IMG/VR virus record: IMGVR_UViG_3300021387_000661
Span: 128,001-192,000 of that record
Length of the DNA: 64,000 nt
Direction: 5' to 3' (one strand)
Source of the DNA: a virus
Taxonomy: Duplodnaviria > Caudoviricetes
Part shown: piece by piece, positions 43,465 to 53,376 of the stretch
Layout of the letters: every line of letters starts with the position of its first letter
How positions within the stretch are numbered: position 1 is the first letter of the stretch
Translations under genes and position numbers: made by a program
Notes under the pieces: generated by a model
The model's input: the letters and a program-made list of their open reading frames with translations, nothing else
Database searches by the model: none
Told to the model about the DNA's origin: nothing

Positions 43465-44451
43465 ATGGTATCAGTAAATTTAGAATATAACCCAGATTTT
43501 TTAAATGAAGAAGAAAGATGTGAGTATATCATTTCCAAAACTATGAAAAAACTTTGGCTGATTCAATTGGATATGGTCAATAAATTCATACAAGTATGTG
43601 ATAAATATAATCTTAAATATTGGGCTGAAGGAGGAACACTTCTAGGTGCGGTAAGACATGGTGGTTATGTACCCTGGGATGATGATATTGATCTCCTTAT
43701 GATGAGGGAAGATTATATGAAATTTCTTTCAGTTGCGGATAAAGAATTTGATTATCCTTATTATATCAATACTGGATACACAACACCATCTGGTCTTTTC
43801 ACTAAAATAAGAAGGCTTGATACAATAAGATATAAATCAATAATGGGTGTCATTCCCACACCAGAGAAGAAGGTAGTGGTTATGTTTCCTCCAGGAATCT
43901 GCATAGATATATTCTGTGCGGATAATTGCCCGAACACACATAATGAAAGAGTAGAATTTCACAGTAAACTTGAATTATCATATAGTGCATATTCCAATGC
44001 AAAGAATGTGTATAAAAGTGAATACCACAATTCATACAGACCTGAACAGGAACTTTTGGAATTGAAAAACAGAATGATTGATAAGTTGAATTCATATAAT
44101 GAACTCTGTCAGTCATATAATGATAAAGATACAGATTATATATTCAACAATGCATTTCCTCACCGTAATATAGAATCTGGACATATGAGGTATAAGGAAG
44201 ATTATGAGGATTGTGTTTACCTTCCATTTGAGATGCTTACATTAAGATGCCCAAAGGGATATGAAAGAGTTCTTGATATGGCATATACTCAAAGAACCAA
44301 GATTCCTTGGCAAACATATGCAAAGAACTTGGCATATCATGATCAATCAGGAACTCCTTTTCTTGATTTTGATAATTCATTCACAAAATATACAATTCCA
44401 TTTTATGATAAACCAGAAGACCTGGAAAAAATCCCGGTCAAATGGATTTAA
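43465..44451 (+). CDS. licD: LicD-family nucleotidyl/phosphotransferase
   Basis: GGTLLGAVRHGGYVPWDDDIDL, IDIF, PFE...PKGYE.VL...Y. Confidence 0.88.
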   Translation: MVSVNLEYNPDFLNEEERCEYIISKTMKKLWLIQLDMVNKFIQVCDKYNLKYWAEGGTLLGAVRHGGYVPWDDDIDLLMMREDYMKFLSVADKEFDYPYYINTGYTTPSGLFTKIRRLDTIRYKSIMGVIPTPEKKVVVMFPPGICIDIFCADNCPNTHNERVEFHSKLELSYSAYSNAKNVYKSEYHNSYRPEQELLELKNRMIDKLNSYNELCQSYNDKDTDYIFNNAFPHRNIESGHMRYKEDYEDCVYLPFEMLTLRCPKGYERVLDMAYTQRTKIPWQTYAKNLAYHDQSGTPFLDFDNSFTKYTIPFYDKPEDLEKIPVKWI

Positions 44452-44485
44452 AAAGAGATTGTCGGAGATGACAATCTTTTTTTTT
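44450..44485 (+). terminator. intrinsic terminator
   Basis: AGATTGTC-ggagat-GACAATCT followed by a long T run. Confidence 0.85.
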
Positions 44486-44526
44486 GTTGATGGTTTTGTT
44501 ATATTTACTATGTTAAATAGTGTGAT

Positions 44527-46371
44527 ATGGAGAAATATACAATAGAAAATCCCTTGAGAGTATTCACCACCTTTTCAGGATATGATTCACAGTGTCTTGC
44601 CTTGAAGAAAGCGGGTATTCCATTTGATTTGATAGGTTGGAGTGAGATTGAGAAGAGGGCGATAGAAGCTCACAATCTTATTTTCCCAGAATACAAAGAT
44701 AGGAATTATGGTGACATCTGTAAGATAGATTGGGAGAATGTACCTGATTTTGACTTCTTTACTTACAGCAGTCCTTGTTTTGTTGCAGGTACATTGATAC
44801 AGACAAAACAAGGTATTAAGAACATTGAAGATATTAAAGAAGGAGATGAAGTATTGACACATACAAATACTTATCATAAAGTTATTACACCCATGGATAA
44901 AGTATTTGCTGGTACATTATATCATATTAAATCTGCAAATGGTGAAGTAGTATGTACACCTGAACATCCATTTTATGTGAGAGAATTATCTTACAAATAT
45001 GTTGATAGAAAACATAATAAGGTAAGACAGTTTGGTAATCCTATGTGGAAACAGGCAAAGGATTTGTCTAAAAAGGATTATCTTGGAACACCTGTAAATC
45101 AGGAAGCAATAATTCCTGAATGGAATGGTGTTGAATTATATAACTGGGGACACAATAGAGTTAGTAATAAATTGTCAAGTCTTTTTACTAATAAAAGTTT
45201 CTGGTATCTTATGGGTAGATATGTTGGTGATGGATGGACAAATAAAACTATATACAAACCAACTGGAGAAATTAAATCAAGAGGTATAAAAATTTGTTGT
45301 AGTAAAAAGAAAGAAGAAGAAAAACTTTCTCTAATTAAAGCATTTGAAGATTGTGGTTTGAATTATTGTATAACCAATGAGAGAACTGTATATAAATTTC
45401 AAATTACATCTAAAGAAATCTGGGAATTTGTTCAAAGATATGGAAGTAAAGCAGATGGAAAATTTATTGATCAAAGTACAATAAATCTCCCCATTGAATA
45501 TCTTGAATCATTTATTAAGGGTTATCAAGACAGTGATGGATATTATCATAAGAAGAGTAATACATATGGTGTAACAACTGTAAGTAAGAAACTTGCATAT
45601 ACATTTGGGCAGTGTATAAATAAAGTTTATCATAGGGCAGTTAGAATTCAATATTGTAAATTACCTCCAACACATATTATTGAAGGTCGTACTGTTAATC
45701 AAAAGAGTTTTTATCAAGTTAGATATAAACTTGAAAACACAAAACAAGATCAATCATTTTATGAAGGTGGATATATTTGGGCACCAGTAAATACCCATAA
45801 AACAGGTATAACAACAGAACAAGTTGAGTCTTGTATTGTATATAATATGGAAGTTGATGAAGATAATTCATATGTTGCCAATAATTATATAGTACACAAT
45901 TGCCAATCATTCAGTCTGGCAGGAAAGATGCTTGGTGGTGAGGAAGGTTCTGGTACCAAGTCATCATTACTTTGGGAATGTAAGAAAGCAATTGATATCA
46001 AAAGACCCAAGTACTTGATGTTGGAGAATGTGAAGAATCTTGTATCAGAGAGGTTCATAGACACCTTCAACCTCTGGTTGAAATATCTTGAATCCAGGGG
46101 TTATACCAATTACTGGAAGGTGTTGAAAGGTTCTGATTTTGGTATTCCCCAGGACCGTGAAAGGGTGTTCTGTGTATCTATCTTGAACCCAGACGGTGAC
46201 TTTGTGTTCCCAAGGGGGTGGAAGTTGGATAAGAATACTCTTGACTTCATACAGACCAAGGAAGAGATTGGTCAGGAACTGTGGGACAAGTTGGTGGATC
46301 CTGATGAAAACATAGATATATATCTTGGAGACAATGAACAATTCAAAAAATTTGCAGGAGTACAGAAATGA
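44527..46371 (+). CDS. C5-MTase catalytic N-terminal subunit (motifs I-VIII) interrupted by an intein
   Basis: Paralogue of 4750-5487; FSGYDS, YSSP|intein|CQSFS, ENV, QDRERVF; no IX/X. Confidence 0.92.
   Translation: MEKYTIENPLRVFTTFSGYDSQCLALKKAGIPFDLIGWSEIEKRAIEAHNLIFPEYKDRNYGDICKIDWENVPDFDFFTYSSPCFVAGTLIQTKQGIKNIEDIKEGDEVLTHTNTYHKVITPMDKVFAGTLYHIKSANGEVVCTPEHPFYVRELSYKYVDRKHNKVRQFGNPMWKQAKDLSKKDYLGTPVNQEAIIPEWNGVELYNWGHNRVSNKLSSLFTNKSFWYLMGRYVGDGWTNKTIYKPTGEIKSRGIKICCSKKKEEEKLSLIKAFEDCGLNYCITNERTVYKFQITSKEIWEFVQRYGSKADGKFIDQSTINLPIEYLESFIKGYQDSDGYYHKKSNTYGVTTVSKKLAYTFGQCINKVYHRAVRIQYCKLPPTHIIEGRTVNQKSFYQVRYKLENTKQDQSFYEGGYIWAPVNTHKTGITTEQVESCIVYNMEVDEDNSYVANNYIVHNCQSFSLAGKMLGGEEGSGTKSSLLWECKKAIDIKRPKYLMLENVKNLVSERFIDTFNLWLKYLESRGYTNYWKVLKGSDFGIPQDRERVFCVSILNPDGDFVFPRGWKLDKNTLDFIQTKEEIGQELWDKLVDPDENIDIYLGDNEQFKKFAGVQK
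44776..45900 (+). mobile_element. 375-aa intein with LAGLIDADG homing endonuclease
   Basis: Starts CFVAGTLI, block B CTPEHPF, YLMGRYVGDG and FIKGYQDSDG, ends VYNMEV...YIVHN before Cys+1. Confidence 0.95.
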
Positions 46372-46835
46372 GTAAAATAAAAGATGAAAAAAAGGTAAAG
46401 GGTAAGCAGTCCAACTATGTCAATACCAATGTAAAGGAGTTTGACACAGATATGTGGGGAGAATACAATCTGTTTGGTGAGAGGATAGAGGACACAGTTC
46501 CTGAAAAGTTCCCTCATCTGGTACAGTTAGGAAATCTCCATATTGACAGGACTGGGTTCTATAATCCCCAGGATACTAGGGTGTATTCCCCTATGGGTAC
46601 TTGTCCTACACTCACATTGTCATTTAGTCCAAGGTTCTTGTTTATTGATGAAGGTAAATATAAAGTCAGGAGACTGTCTGGATTTGAGTCTATGAGGATG
46701 ATGGGTGTGGAAGATGAAGATATTCAGAAACTGGTTGATGGGGGACTCAGTAATAATCAATTGGCACAACTTGCCGGCAACAGTATTGTTGTGGATGTAA
46801 TGTCAGAATTTTTCAAGGAAATGATTAAACATTAA
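46368..46835 (+). CDS. C5-MTase C-terminal subunit (TRD + motifs IX/X)
   Basis: QDTRVYSPMGTCPTLT, VRRLSGFESMRMMG, LAGNSIVVDVM; ATGA overlap with the catalytic subunit. Confidence 0.88.
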   Translation: MSKIKDEKKVKGKQSNYVNTNVKEFDTDMWGEYNLFGERIEDTVPEKFPHLVQLGNLHIDRTGFYNPQDTRVYSPMGTCPTLTLSFSPRFLFIDEGKYKVRRLSGFESMRMMGVEDEDIQKLVDGGLSNNQLAQLAGNSIVVDVMSEFFKEMIKH

Positions 46836-46839
46836 TATT

Positions 46840-47355
46840 ATGGATGTAGTTTATTTTTCAGTGAACAATTGGTTCAGTGGTGAGAATTATCCACCTACTG
46901 AAAACTTCAAGAAATGGTTGAGTGATGACTTCAACCAGAGTTTTAGGAATGATGAGTGGTGTAAGGAGAACAAACTGTGTGTTTATTATGGTTGTGTTGA
47001 TATGAGTACTAATTATACCATATCTGCTCCTAGGGAATGGGTTGAGAAGAACTGTCCTGAACTTCTGACAGATGATGAGTACACATACATCACACAACAA
47101 AGTAAATATAAAAAGAAGTTGTTTGGTGGGTATGAAACAATCTGGGTAGATGTAGAACACAAGAAGAAATACTCTGATTTTGTCTATTCCCAGGAAGATG
47201 TTGATGAAGGAGAATGTGACAGGGTTGGAGATATGCCTTTCAGAGAGTATTGTGAGGAGAATTTTGGGTCTAAATATTATGAGACTAACTGGTGGGGAGA
47301 TGATGATGAGGATGATGAGGACTCTGATGAAGATGATGAAGAAGTAGATGGATAA
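46840..47355 (+). CDS. hypothetical protein with acidic tail
   Basis: ORF track. Confidence 0.65.
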   Translation: MDVVYFSVNNWFSGENYPPTENFKKWLSDDFNQSFRNDEWCKENKLCVYYGCVDMSTNYTISAPREWVEKNCPELLTDDEYTYITQQSKYKKKLFGGYETIWVDVEHKKKYSDFVYSQEDVDEGECDRVGDMPFREYCEENFGSKYYETNWWGDDDEDDEDSDEDDEEVDG

Positions 47356-47836
47356 CAGGCAACAGAAGAATGAAGTTGTATCATCTGATGAATGGTACAC
47401 CCCACAATGGTTGATAGATACTCTTGGTCCATTTGACCTGGACCCCTGCTCTGCAATGAATCCACCTGTTCAAATTGCGCCAGAGACATATAACATTGAA
47501 CAGGATGGATTGTCAAAGGAATGGGATAAGAATAAGGTTGTCTGGTTGAATCCACCATACAGTAGTAAACTCATCAAGGCATTTGTTCAGAAACTGGCAG
47601 AACATAATAATGGGATTGCAATAGTTGTAAACAGAACTGATAATCTTTTATTCCAGGAGGTGATTTTTCCAAAGGCAAAATCAATGATTTTTATGAGAAG
47701 AAGGGTTAAGTTCATCAATCCTAATGGAGAGTCAAGGAGTCCAATGTTTGGATCCTGTCTGATTGCATTTGGTGATGAATGTGACAAGAGATTGAGAGAA
47801 AGCGGTATAGAAGGTAAATATATAAAATTGAATTAA
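47348..47836 (+). CDS. phage DNA N6-adenine methyltransferase (Dam-like family)
   Basis: DEWYTP, FDLDPC, VWLNPPYS. Confidence 0.88.
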   Translation: MDNRQQKNEVVSSDEWYTPQWLIDTLGPFDLDPCSAMNPPVQIAPETYNIEQDGLSKEWDKNKVVWLNPPYSSKLIKAFVQKLAEHNNGIAIVVNRTDNLLFQEVIFPKAKSMIFMRRRVKFINPNGESRSPMFGSCLIAFGDECDKRLRESGIEGKYIKLN

Positions 47837-47838
47837 AC

Positions 47839-48456
47839 ATGAAAGTATTTTTAGGTGGGACTTGTGCAGAGTCCAAATGGAGGGAGAAACTGATTCCCCT
47901 TTTACAGTGTGATTATTTCAATCCAGTTGTAGAAGACTGGACTCCGGAATGCCAGGCAAATGAAGAAAGAGAGAAGTTGGTTTGTGACTATCATCTCTAT
48001 GTCATCACCCCAAAGATGCAGGGTGTGTATTCTATTGCAGAGGTTGTTAATGATTCTATAAAGTTGCAAAATAAATGTATTTTCTGTGTTACAAAAGAAG
48101 ATGATGACAGAGATTGGACAAAAGGTGAATTGAAGAGTCTCAATGCAACAGCAGAATTGATAAAGAACAATGGAGGAACTGTATTATCAGATTTGAATGA
48201 AGTTGCAGAATATTTGAATGCGGAATATGATAGGATATATTCTGGACCATCAATTGAACAGCAACTTGAATATTACAAGAAAAGATCTGAACATCTGACA
48301 AAACTCTGGAATAGACTCATAAAGGAAATCCTTCCTGATGGATGGTATTGTATGGCAAATGATACTTGGGATTGTGAAATAGAAGAATGTGATGAATGTA
48401 TTGGAAGATTACACAGACCATTTGTACAGAGATTGATAAAAAGAAAAAAGTTTTAG
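47839..48456 (+). CDS. nucleoside 2-deoxyribosyltransferase-like protein
   Basis: KVFLGGTC...WRE..FNPVVEDW...YVITP...YSIAE. Confidence 0.7.
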   Translation: MKVFLGGTCAESKWREKLIPLLQCDYFNPVVEDWTPECQANEEREKLVCDYHLYVITPKMQGVYSIAEVVNDSIKLQNKCIFCVTKEDDDRDWTKGELKSLNATAELIKNNGGTVLSDLNEVAEYLNAEYDRIYSGPSIEQQLEYYKKRSEHLTKLWNRLIKEILPDGWYCMANDTWDCEIEECDECIGRLHRPFVQRLIKRKKF

Positions 48457-48460
48457 GTAT

Positions 48461-49432
48461 ATGGATCTTGAAGAAATAAAAAGACTGTATAGGGAACATT
48501 TTCTTGAGATTGACAAGAAAGTTGAAGAGGAACATAATAAGTATAAGTATCCCGGTGATTCAAGTGAATCATTTGAGAGCTTTATGTATTTAAATAAAGT
48601 CAATGAAAATACCATCACAGAGGATATGATGGAATGGTATGCATATCATATCTGTGATAAGTCTGGATACTTTAATCCACACTCTGATTTTTGTTACTGT
48701 CCAAATATTAATAGTTATGTTAATGAGATGTTGAATAAAACATCTCTTGATTTGTTAGTGAGAGAACTTAATAAAAGTTTGGGTGCGGATAAAACACATT
48801 TTGTTATAAATGAGACAGATATTGATGATAAGGTGAATACTCTTTTAGTTATACCGGAATTATATGATGTAAAAAAAATATCAAAAACCTGTGATAAATT
48901 AATGTGGTCTTTTACATCTGTTGAAGTAGATGAACCTGGTAAGTTTATGAATCCATTCAATGTGGAAACACCATATCTGAATACAAATTATGGTTATCCT
49001 GTCATTAGAATTAAAGTTGAACCAATTAAAACCAAAAACATAACTGATTTTGTAAATAAAAATTGTAGAGGAAAAATCTATCATATTTGTACAAGGAAAA
49101 ATCTAAAATGGATTTTACAAAGTGGATTGAGAGTAAAGGGAGAAAAGAATGATTATAGATATATACAAAATAAAATCTATTTCTTCTGTGGTGAAAATAA
49201 AGATGATTTGTTCTATAATTTAAGACAAATTGCATTATCTAAAGAAATATTAAAAAATAACTGGATTGAAGATGAATATGCTCTCCTTGAGATAGATGTG
49301 AATGGTTATAACATTGATTTCTATATGGATGGTTATTATCTTGACCAAAAACCATATATAGGATACACATACAATTATTTCCCTCCAAGAAGAATAAGAG
49401 AAGTTGATAATGATGAATTAAACTGGATATAA
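48461..49432 (+). CDS. protein with C-terminal ADP-ribosyltransferase/Tpt1-like domain
   Basis: IYHICTRKNLKWILQSGL...IYFF...LLEID...YTYNYFPP. Confidence 0.45.
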   Translation: MDLEEIKRLYREHFLEIDKKVEEEHNKYKYPGDSSESFESFMYLNKVNENTITEDMMEWYAYHICDKSGYFNPHSDFCYCPNINSYVNEMLNKTSLDLLVRELNKSLGADKTHFVINETDIDDKVNTLLVIPELYDVKKISKTCDKLMWSFTSVEVDEPGKFMNPFNVETPYLNTNYGYPVIRIKVEPIKTKNITDFVNKNCRGKIYHICTRKNLKWILQSGLRVKGEKNDYRYIQNKIYFFCGENKDDLFYNLRQIALSKEILKNNWIEDEYALLEIDVNGYNIDFYMDGYYLDQKPYIGYTYNYFPPRRIREVDNDELNWI

Positions 49433-49433
49433 T

Positions 49434-49925
49434 ATGGAAAATGTAATAATTAAATTTAAAAAACTTGATGAAAATGCTGTCATACCATCCTATGCACATG
49501 ATGGTGATGTAGGCATGGATATGACTACCATAAGTGTTGAATATGTACCTGAAAAGGATATGTATATCTATCATACTGGTTTGGCATGTGAGTTGGAAAA
49601 AGGTTATGGTATGTTCCTCTTTCCAAGGAGTTCCAATTCAAAGACAGAGGCTTATTTGACTAATCATGTGGGTATTGTAGATCCTATTTATCGTGGAGAA
49701 ATACAGTTAAGATATAAGAACAGGGACAGGTATAGGAAATCCTTCTGGGAATTGCTCTCTGGGAAGATTGATATGGAAAGAGCATTGAGTAAAGCACCTT
49801 ATAAAGTTGGTGACAGGGTTGGACAAATGGTAGTCTTTCCTTATCCACAAGTACATGTACAGGTTGTTGATGAATTATCTGAAACAGAAAGAGGTACAGG
49901 TGGATTTGGATCAACTGGAAAATAA
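49434..49925 (+). CDS. dut: trimeric dUTPase
   Basis: GMD, PRSS, GIVDPIYRGEI, RVGQ, RGTGGFGSTG. Confidence 0.95.
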   Translation: MENVIIKFKKLDENAVIPSYAHDGDVGMDMTTISVEYVPEKDMYIYHTGLACELEKGYGMFLFPRSSNSKTEAYLTNHVGIVDPIYRGEIQLRYKNRDRYRKSFWELLSGKIDMERALSKAPYKVGDRVGQMVVFPYPQVHVQVVDELSETERGTGGFGSTGK

Positions 49926-49953
49926 AAAAGAGTGAGTTAATCTCACTCTTTTT
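49924..49953. terminator. bidirectional terminator (similar copy at 55397-55429)
   Basis: AAAAAAGAGTGAG-ttaat-CTCACTCTTTTT. Confidence 0.85.
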
Positions 49954-49963
49954 GTTTATCTCA

Positions 49964-50314
49964 TTATCTGCATTTCAGGACTGCATCAAACAATTCCTTA
50001 CTGGTTTTGTATTCAACACCATCACACCAGTATATAACATTTCCTTCATCATCACCATAGACTCGTGCAATACATTCCTCTCTACCTCCAGCTGGAGCTA
50101 TACCAATATTTTTTGTTCCATCTTTGAAAATATTAATTTTATCAAACTTTAATCCATCACAAAAAGCACCTGCAGTTTGATATACTAAATTTTGTTCATC
50201 ACAAAAATCACGAACCTTCAACAAAGCAAAACGTAAATGCCTATTGAGATTATTATTTCCATATCGATTTCCAAATTTAGATTCATTAATGAATTCCTCA
50301 AATTTTTTAATCAT
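49964..50314 (-). CDS. small late protein with capsid-targeting-like N-terminus
   Basis: MIKKFEEFINES; late promoter on - strand at 50345-52. Confidence 0.7.
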   Translation of the reverse strand: MIKKFEEFINESKFGNRYGNNNLNRHLRFALLKVRDFCDEQNLVYQTAGAFCDGLKFDKINIFKDGTKNIGIAPAGGREECIARVYGDDEGNVIYWCDGVEYKTSKELFDAVLKCR

Positions 50315-50367
50315 AATATCATTAAATGGTTATTGTCTTTGTTATATTTATGTAAAAGAATTTTTAT

Positions 50368-51333
50368 ATGGGTGTAGATAATTTGAAAAACATCCTGTGG
50401 GAAGAGAAATACAGACCACAGAATTTGAAGGAGTTGATTGTTCCTCAAAGAATCAGAACAATTTTTGAAAAAGGTGTTGTACAGTCTATGTTGTTATATG
50501 GTACCGCTGGTATTGGTAAGACCAGTGCTGCAAAGGCGATTTGTAAACAGTTCCAGCACAACACACTGTATCTGAATATGTCAGAGACAACAGGTGTTGA
50601 TACCATCAGGGATACAATTATGGAGTTTGCTATGAATCAGTCTATTCTCCATTATGACAATCCTATCAAAGTTGTTATCCTAGATGAGATGGATGGTATG
50701 AGCCAGCAGGCATATGCAGCCCTCCGTGCCACTATGGAAAAGTGTTCTGTAAACACCAGATTCATAGGTACTTGTAATTATATTGAGAAGATTCCAGATC
50801 CCATTCAGTCCAGGTTTTTGATGATTGATTTCAATTTCTCTGCTGAAGAAATCAATGAGGTAAAGAAAGGACAGATTTTGAGAGTGATGGAGATTTGTAA
50901 GAAAGAAGGTCTCAATATTACCAGGGAAGCTGTAGTCAAACTTGTATTGACTTATTATCCTGATTTCAGGAGTATTGTCAAAAAACTCCATAGGTTTTCA
51001 TTGGAGAACAAGACATCTATTGATGTTACAGATATCAAAGATTCTACTAGTGAATATGCAGAACTATATGAGATGATCATCACCCAGGATAATCCTGTTG
51101 AGAATTATAAGTTTGTGATGAAGAACTATTCCAACTGTATTGATGAAACTATTGCAGCACTTGGGCACCCATTCATTGAGTATATTTTGAAGTCAAGACC
51201 AAACCTTATGGGTGCAATCCCTGTGATATCTGTACTCAATGCAAAGTATCAACAGAATTTGAAGAACTGTATTGATCCTGTGGTGGTTTTATTGGCAAAT
51301 ATCTTTGAATTACAAACAGAAATTCAGAAATAA
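50368..51333 (+). CDS. sliding-clamp loader ATPase subunit (T4 gp44 / RFC-small-like)
   Basis: WEEKYRP, GTAGIGKT, VILDEMD, IQSRF. Confidence 0.93.
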   Translation: MGVDNLKNILWEEKYRPQNLKELIVPQRIRTIFEKGVVQSMLLYGTAGIGKTSAAKAICKQFQHNTLYLNMSETTGVDTIRDTIMEFAMNQSILHYDNPIKVVILDEMDGMSQQAYAALRATMEKCSVNTRFIGTCNYIEKIPDPIQSRFLMIDFNFSAEEINEVKKGQILRVMEICKKEGLNITREAVVKLVLTYYPDFRSIVKKLHRFSLENKTSIDVTDIKDSTSEYAELYEMIITQDNPVENYKFVMKNYSNCIDETIAALGHPFIEYILKSRPNLMGAIPVISVLNAKYQQNLKNCIDPVVVLLANIFELQTEIQK

Positions 51334-51405
51334 TTCAAAAAAGGTGGTTATTTGACCACTTTTTTGTTATCTTTATAACAGATTTTTTTTAATAATATAT
51401 TATAT

Positions 51406-53370
51406 ATGGGTAAAATTTATGACCTTGAGCAAAAGGGTGAAGAGAATGTAAATAATAATATTGACAATCTTATATCAGTTGGTTCAATTGTTGAGGGTTG
51501 GAAAGGTATACGGTTTAGGAATAATGAAATAAACCGTATTTATAATATTATGGACAAATCAGAGTTTCGCTCTGTTTTGCTTGTTGGTGATTATGGTTCT
51601 GGTAAGAGGACAATTATTGAGGGGTATGCACAGAAACTTGTGGACAATGCCAGAGTTGATAAAGTCATAGAAATCAATTTCAATGATATTCTTCAAAAGG
51701 CAAGAAGTGGTGACTTTGGACAGATTATAGAAGATGTGTTCAATACTGCTTGTAATGATGATGAAATCCCCATTACGCTTGTATTACCTAATCTTGGACA
51801 TCTACTTAACCTGAATTGCTTTGGTAATGCTGGTTTTTCCTTTGTAAACAATCTCATAAAGGCAATTGAGGAAGATGATTTGAGGATTATTGGAACAGTG
51901 ACAACCGATGAGTATAAGGACATTGAGAATATGTTCAAGAAAATCTTGGACTATTTTACAGTTATCAAACTCACAGAACTCACCAAAGATGAAACAGCAC
52001 AGATTCTTGAAAATGAACTTGACTATTTTAGGGGTTGTTATGATATGACATTCCCAGAAAATGTATGTGAAATCATTTGCAATAATGCAGACAAGTATAT
52101 AAAGGATAAGGTGTTTCCTGGAAAGGCAGAGAATCTTTTTGATGAGATTTGTGCAAGTATTTCCAACAAGTACAGACCGGCTGATCAGAGACTTATTGAT
52201 TTAACAGAAGACACAAAGAAACTCAGAGAAGAACTCGCCAAGGCATTGGAGGCAAATGATTACAATAAGTGTGAGGAAATCAATAAGAAGCTGGGTGAGA
52301 ATTTTGAGAAGTACAAGCAGCTTGGTGAAGAGTATTTCCCCACCATTGATGTAACTGAAGAGGATTTACTGGAGGCACTTGGAAACATTCTGGATGTTCA
52401 GATGACCAAACTTGATGAGGATAAAACCAAATTCCTTAGAGAAATGCCTGATGAAATCAAGAAGTATGTCATTGGTCAGGATTCCGCTGTAGATACTATT
52501 GTGAAGAATATCCGTAGAAACCAGTTGGGATTGAGAAAGACCAGTCACTCTGCCGGCAACTTTATGTTCATAGGATCCACTGGTGTTGGTAAGACATATC
52601 TGGCAAAACAGTTGGCAAAGTATCTTTATGGAAGTGAAGATAATCTGTTGAGGTTGGATATGAGTGAATTCCAGGCAGAGATTGATGTATCCAAACTCCT
52701 TGGGTCTGCACCTGGTTATGTGGGATACAAGGAATCTGGATTACTTGTGAAGGGTCTGGCAAAGAATGGGGAGACTGTTGTACTTTTTGATGAGATTGAA
52801 AAGGCACATCCAAAGATTTATGATGTCCTTCTTCAACTCTTGGATGAGGGATTTGTGACGGGATCTGATGGTAAGAAGGTGGATGCAACCAAGGCTCTTA
52901 TCATTTTTACATCCAATATTGGAGTAAAGGAGGCACAGAGTATGTCATCTCCTCTTGGGTTCACTTCAAATGTAGATGAGAAGAAAAGTGCAAAGAAGGA
53001 AGAGATTATCAGGAAGGCTTTGAAGAAGAGATTTTCTCCTGAATTCCTCAACCGTCTTGACAATATCTGTTACTTTAACTCATTAAGTAAGGATACCCTT
53101 AAATCAATTCTCCAGAAAGAGTTGGATGAATCCAATGTTAATATCAAGGCTATTACAGGTAAGTCCATTGTACTATCTCCGGAGGTGGAAGATTGGATTT
53201 TGGATAAGGTTGAAAAGGAAGATAATGGTGCAAGACCTATTATCAGAATTATCCAGCAGTATATTGAAGAGGTTATTACAGATATGGTCATTGAAAGTAG
53301 TGAAGTCCTCAATTTAGAAGGAACTACCCTGACAGCATATCTTGAAGATGATAAAATAATTTTAAAATAA
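51406..53370 (+). CDS. ClpC-like AAA+ ATPase lacking the N-domain
   Basis: D2 GSTGVGKT, RLDMSE, GSAPGYVGY, LFDEIEKAHP, FSPEFLNRLD, GARP; PLGF loop; D1 degenerate. Confidence 0.9.
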   Translation: MGKIYDLEQKGEENVNNNIDNLISVGSIVEGWKGIRFRNNEINRIYNIMDKSEFRSVLLVGDYGSGKRTIIEGYAQKLVDNARVDKVIEINFNDILQKARSGDFGQIIEDVFNTACNDDEIPITLVLPNLGHLLNLNCFGNAGFSFVNNLIKAIEEDDLRIIGTVTTDEYKDIENMFKKILDYFTVIKLTELTKDETAQILENELDYFRGCYDMTFPENVCEIICNNADKYIKDKVFPGKAENLFDEICASISNKYRPADQRLIDLTEDTKKLREELAKALEANDYNKCEEINKKLGENFEKYKQLGEEYFPTIDVTEEDLLEALGNILDVQMTKLDEDKTKFLREMPDEIKKYVIGQDSAVDTIVKNIRRNQLGLRKTSHSAGNFMFIGSTGVGKTYLAKQLAKYLYGSEDNLLRLDMSEFQAEIDVSKLLGSAPGYVGYKESGLLVKGLAKNGETVVLFDEIEKAHPKIYDVLLQLLDEGFVTGSDGKKVDATKALIIFTSNIGVKEAQSMSSPLGFTSNVDEKKSAKKEEIIRKALKKRFSPEFLNRLDNICYFNSLSKDTLKSILQKELDESNVNIKAITGKSIVLSPEVEDWILDKVEKEDNGARPIIRIIQQYIEEVITDMVIESSEVLNLEGTTLTAYLEDDKIILK

Positions 53371-53376
53371 AGTATT

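Noticed and set aside
46360-46380. Frameshift or sequencing error splitting one MTase into 44527-46371 and 46368-46835
   Set aside because: Ordinary ATGA start/stop overlap, no slippery run, and the paralogue at 4750 ends at a similar point, so the split looks genuine
47295-47350. GAT/GAA-rich repeat
   Set aside because: Simply encodes an acidic Asp/Glu protein tail
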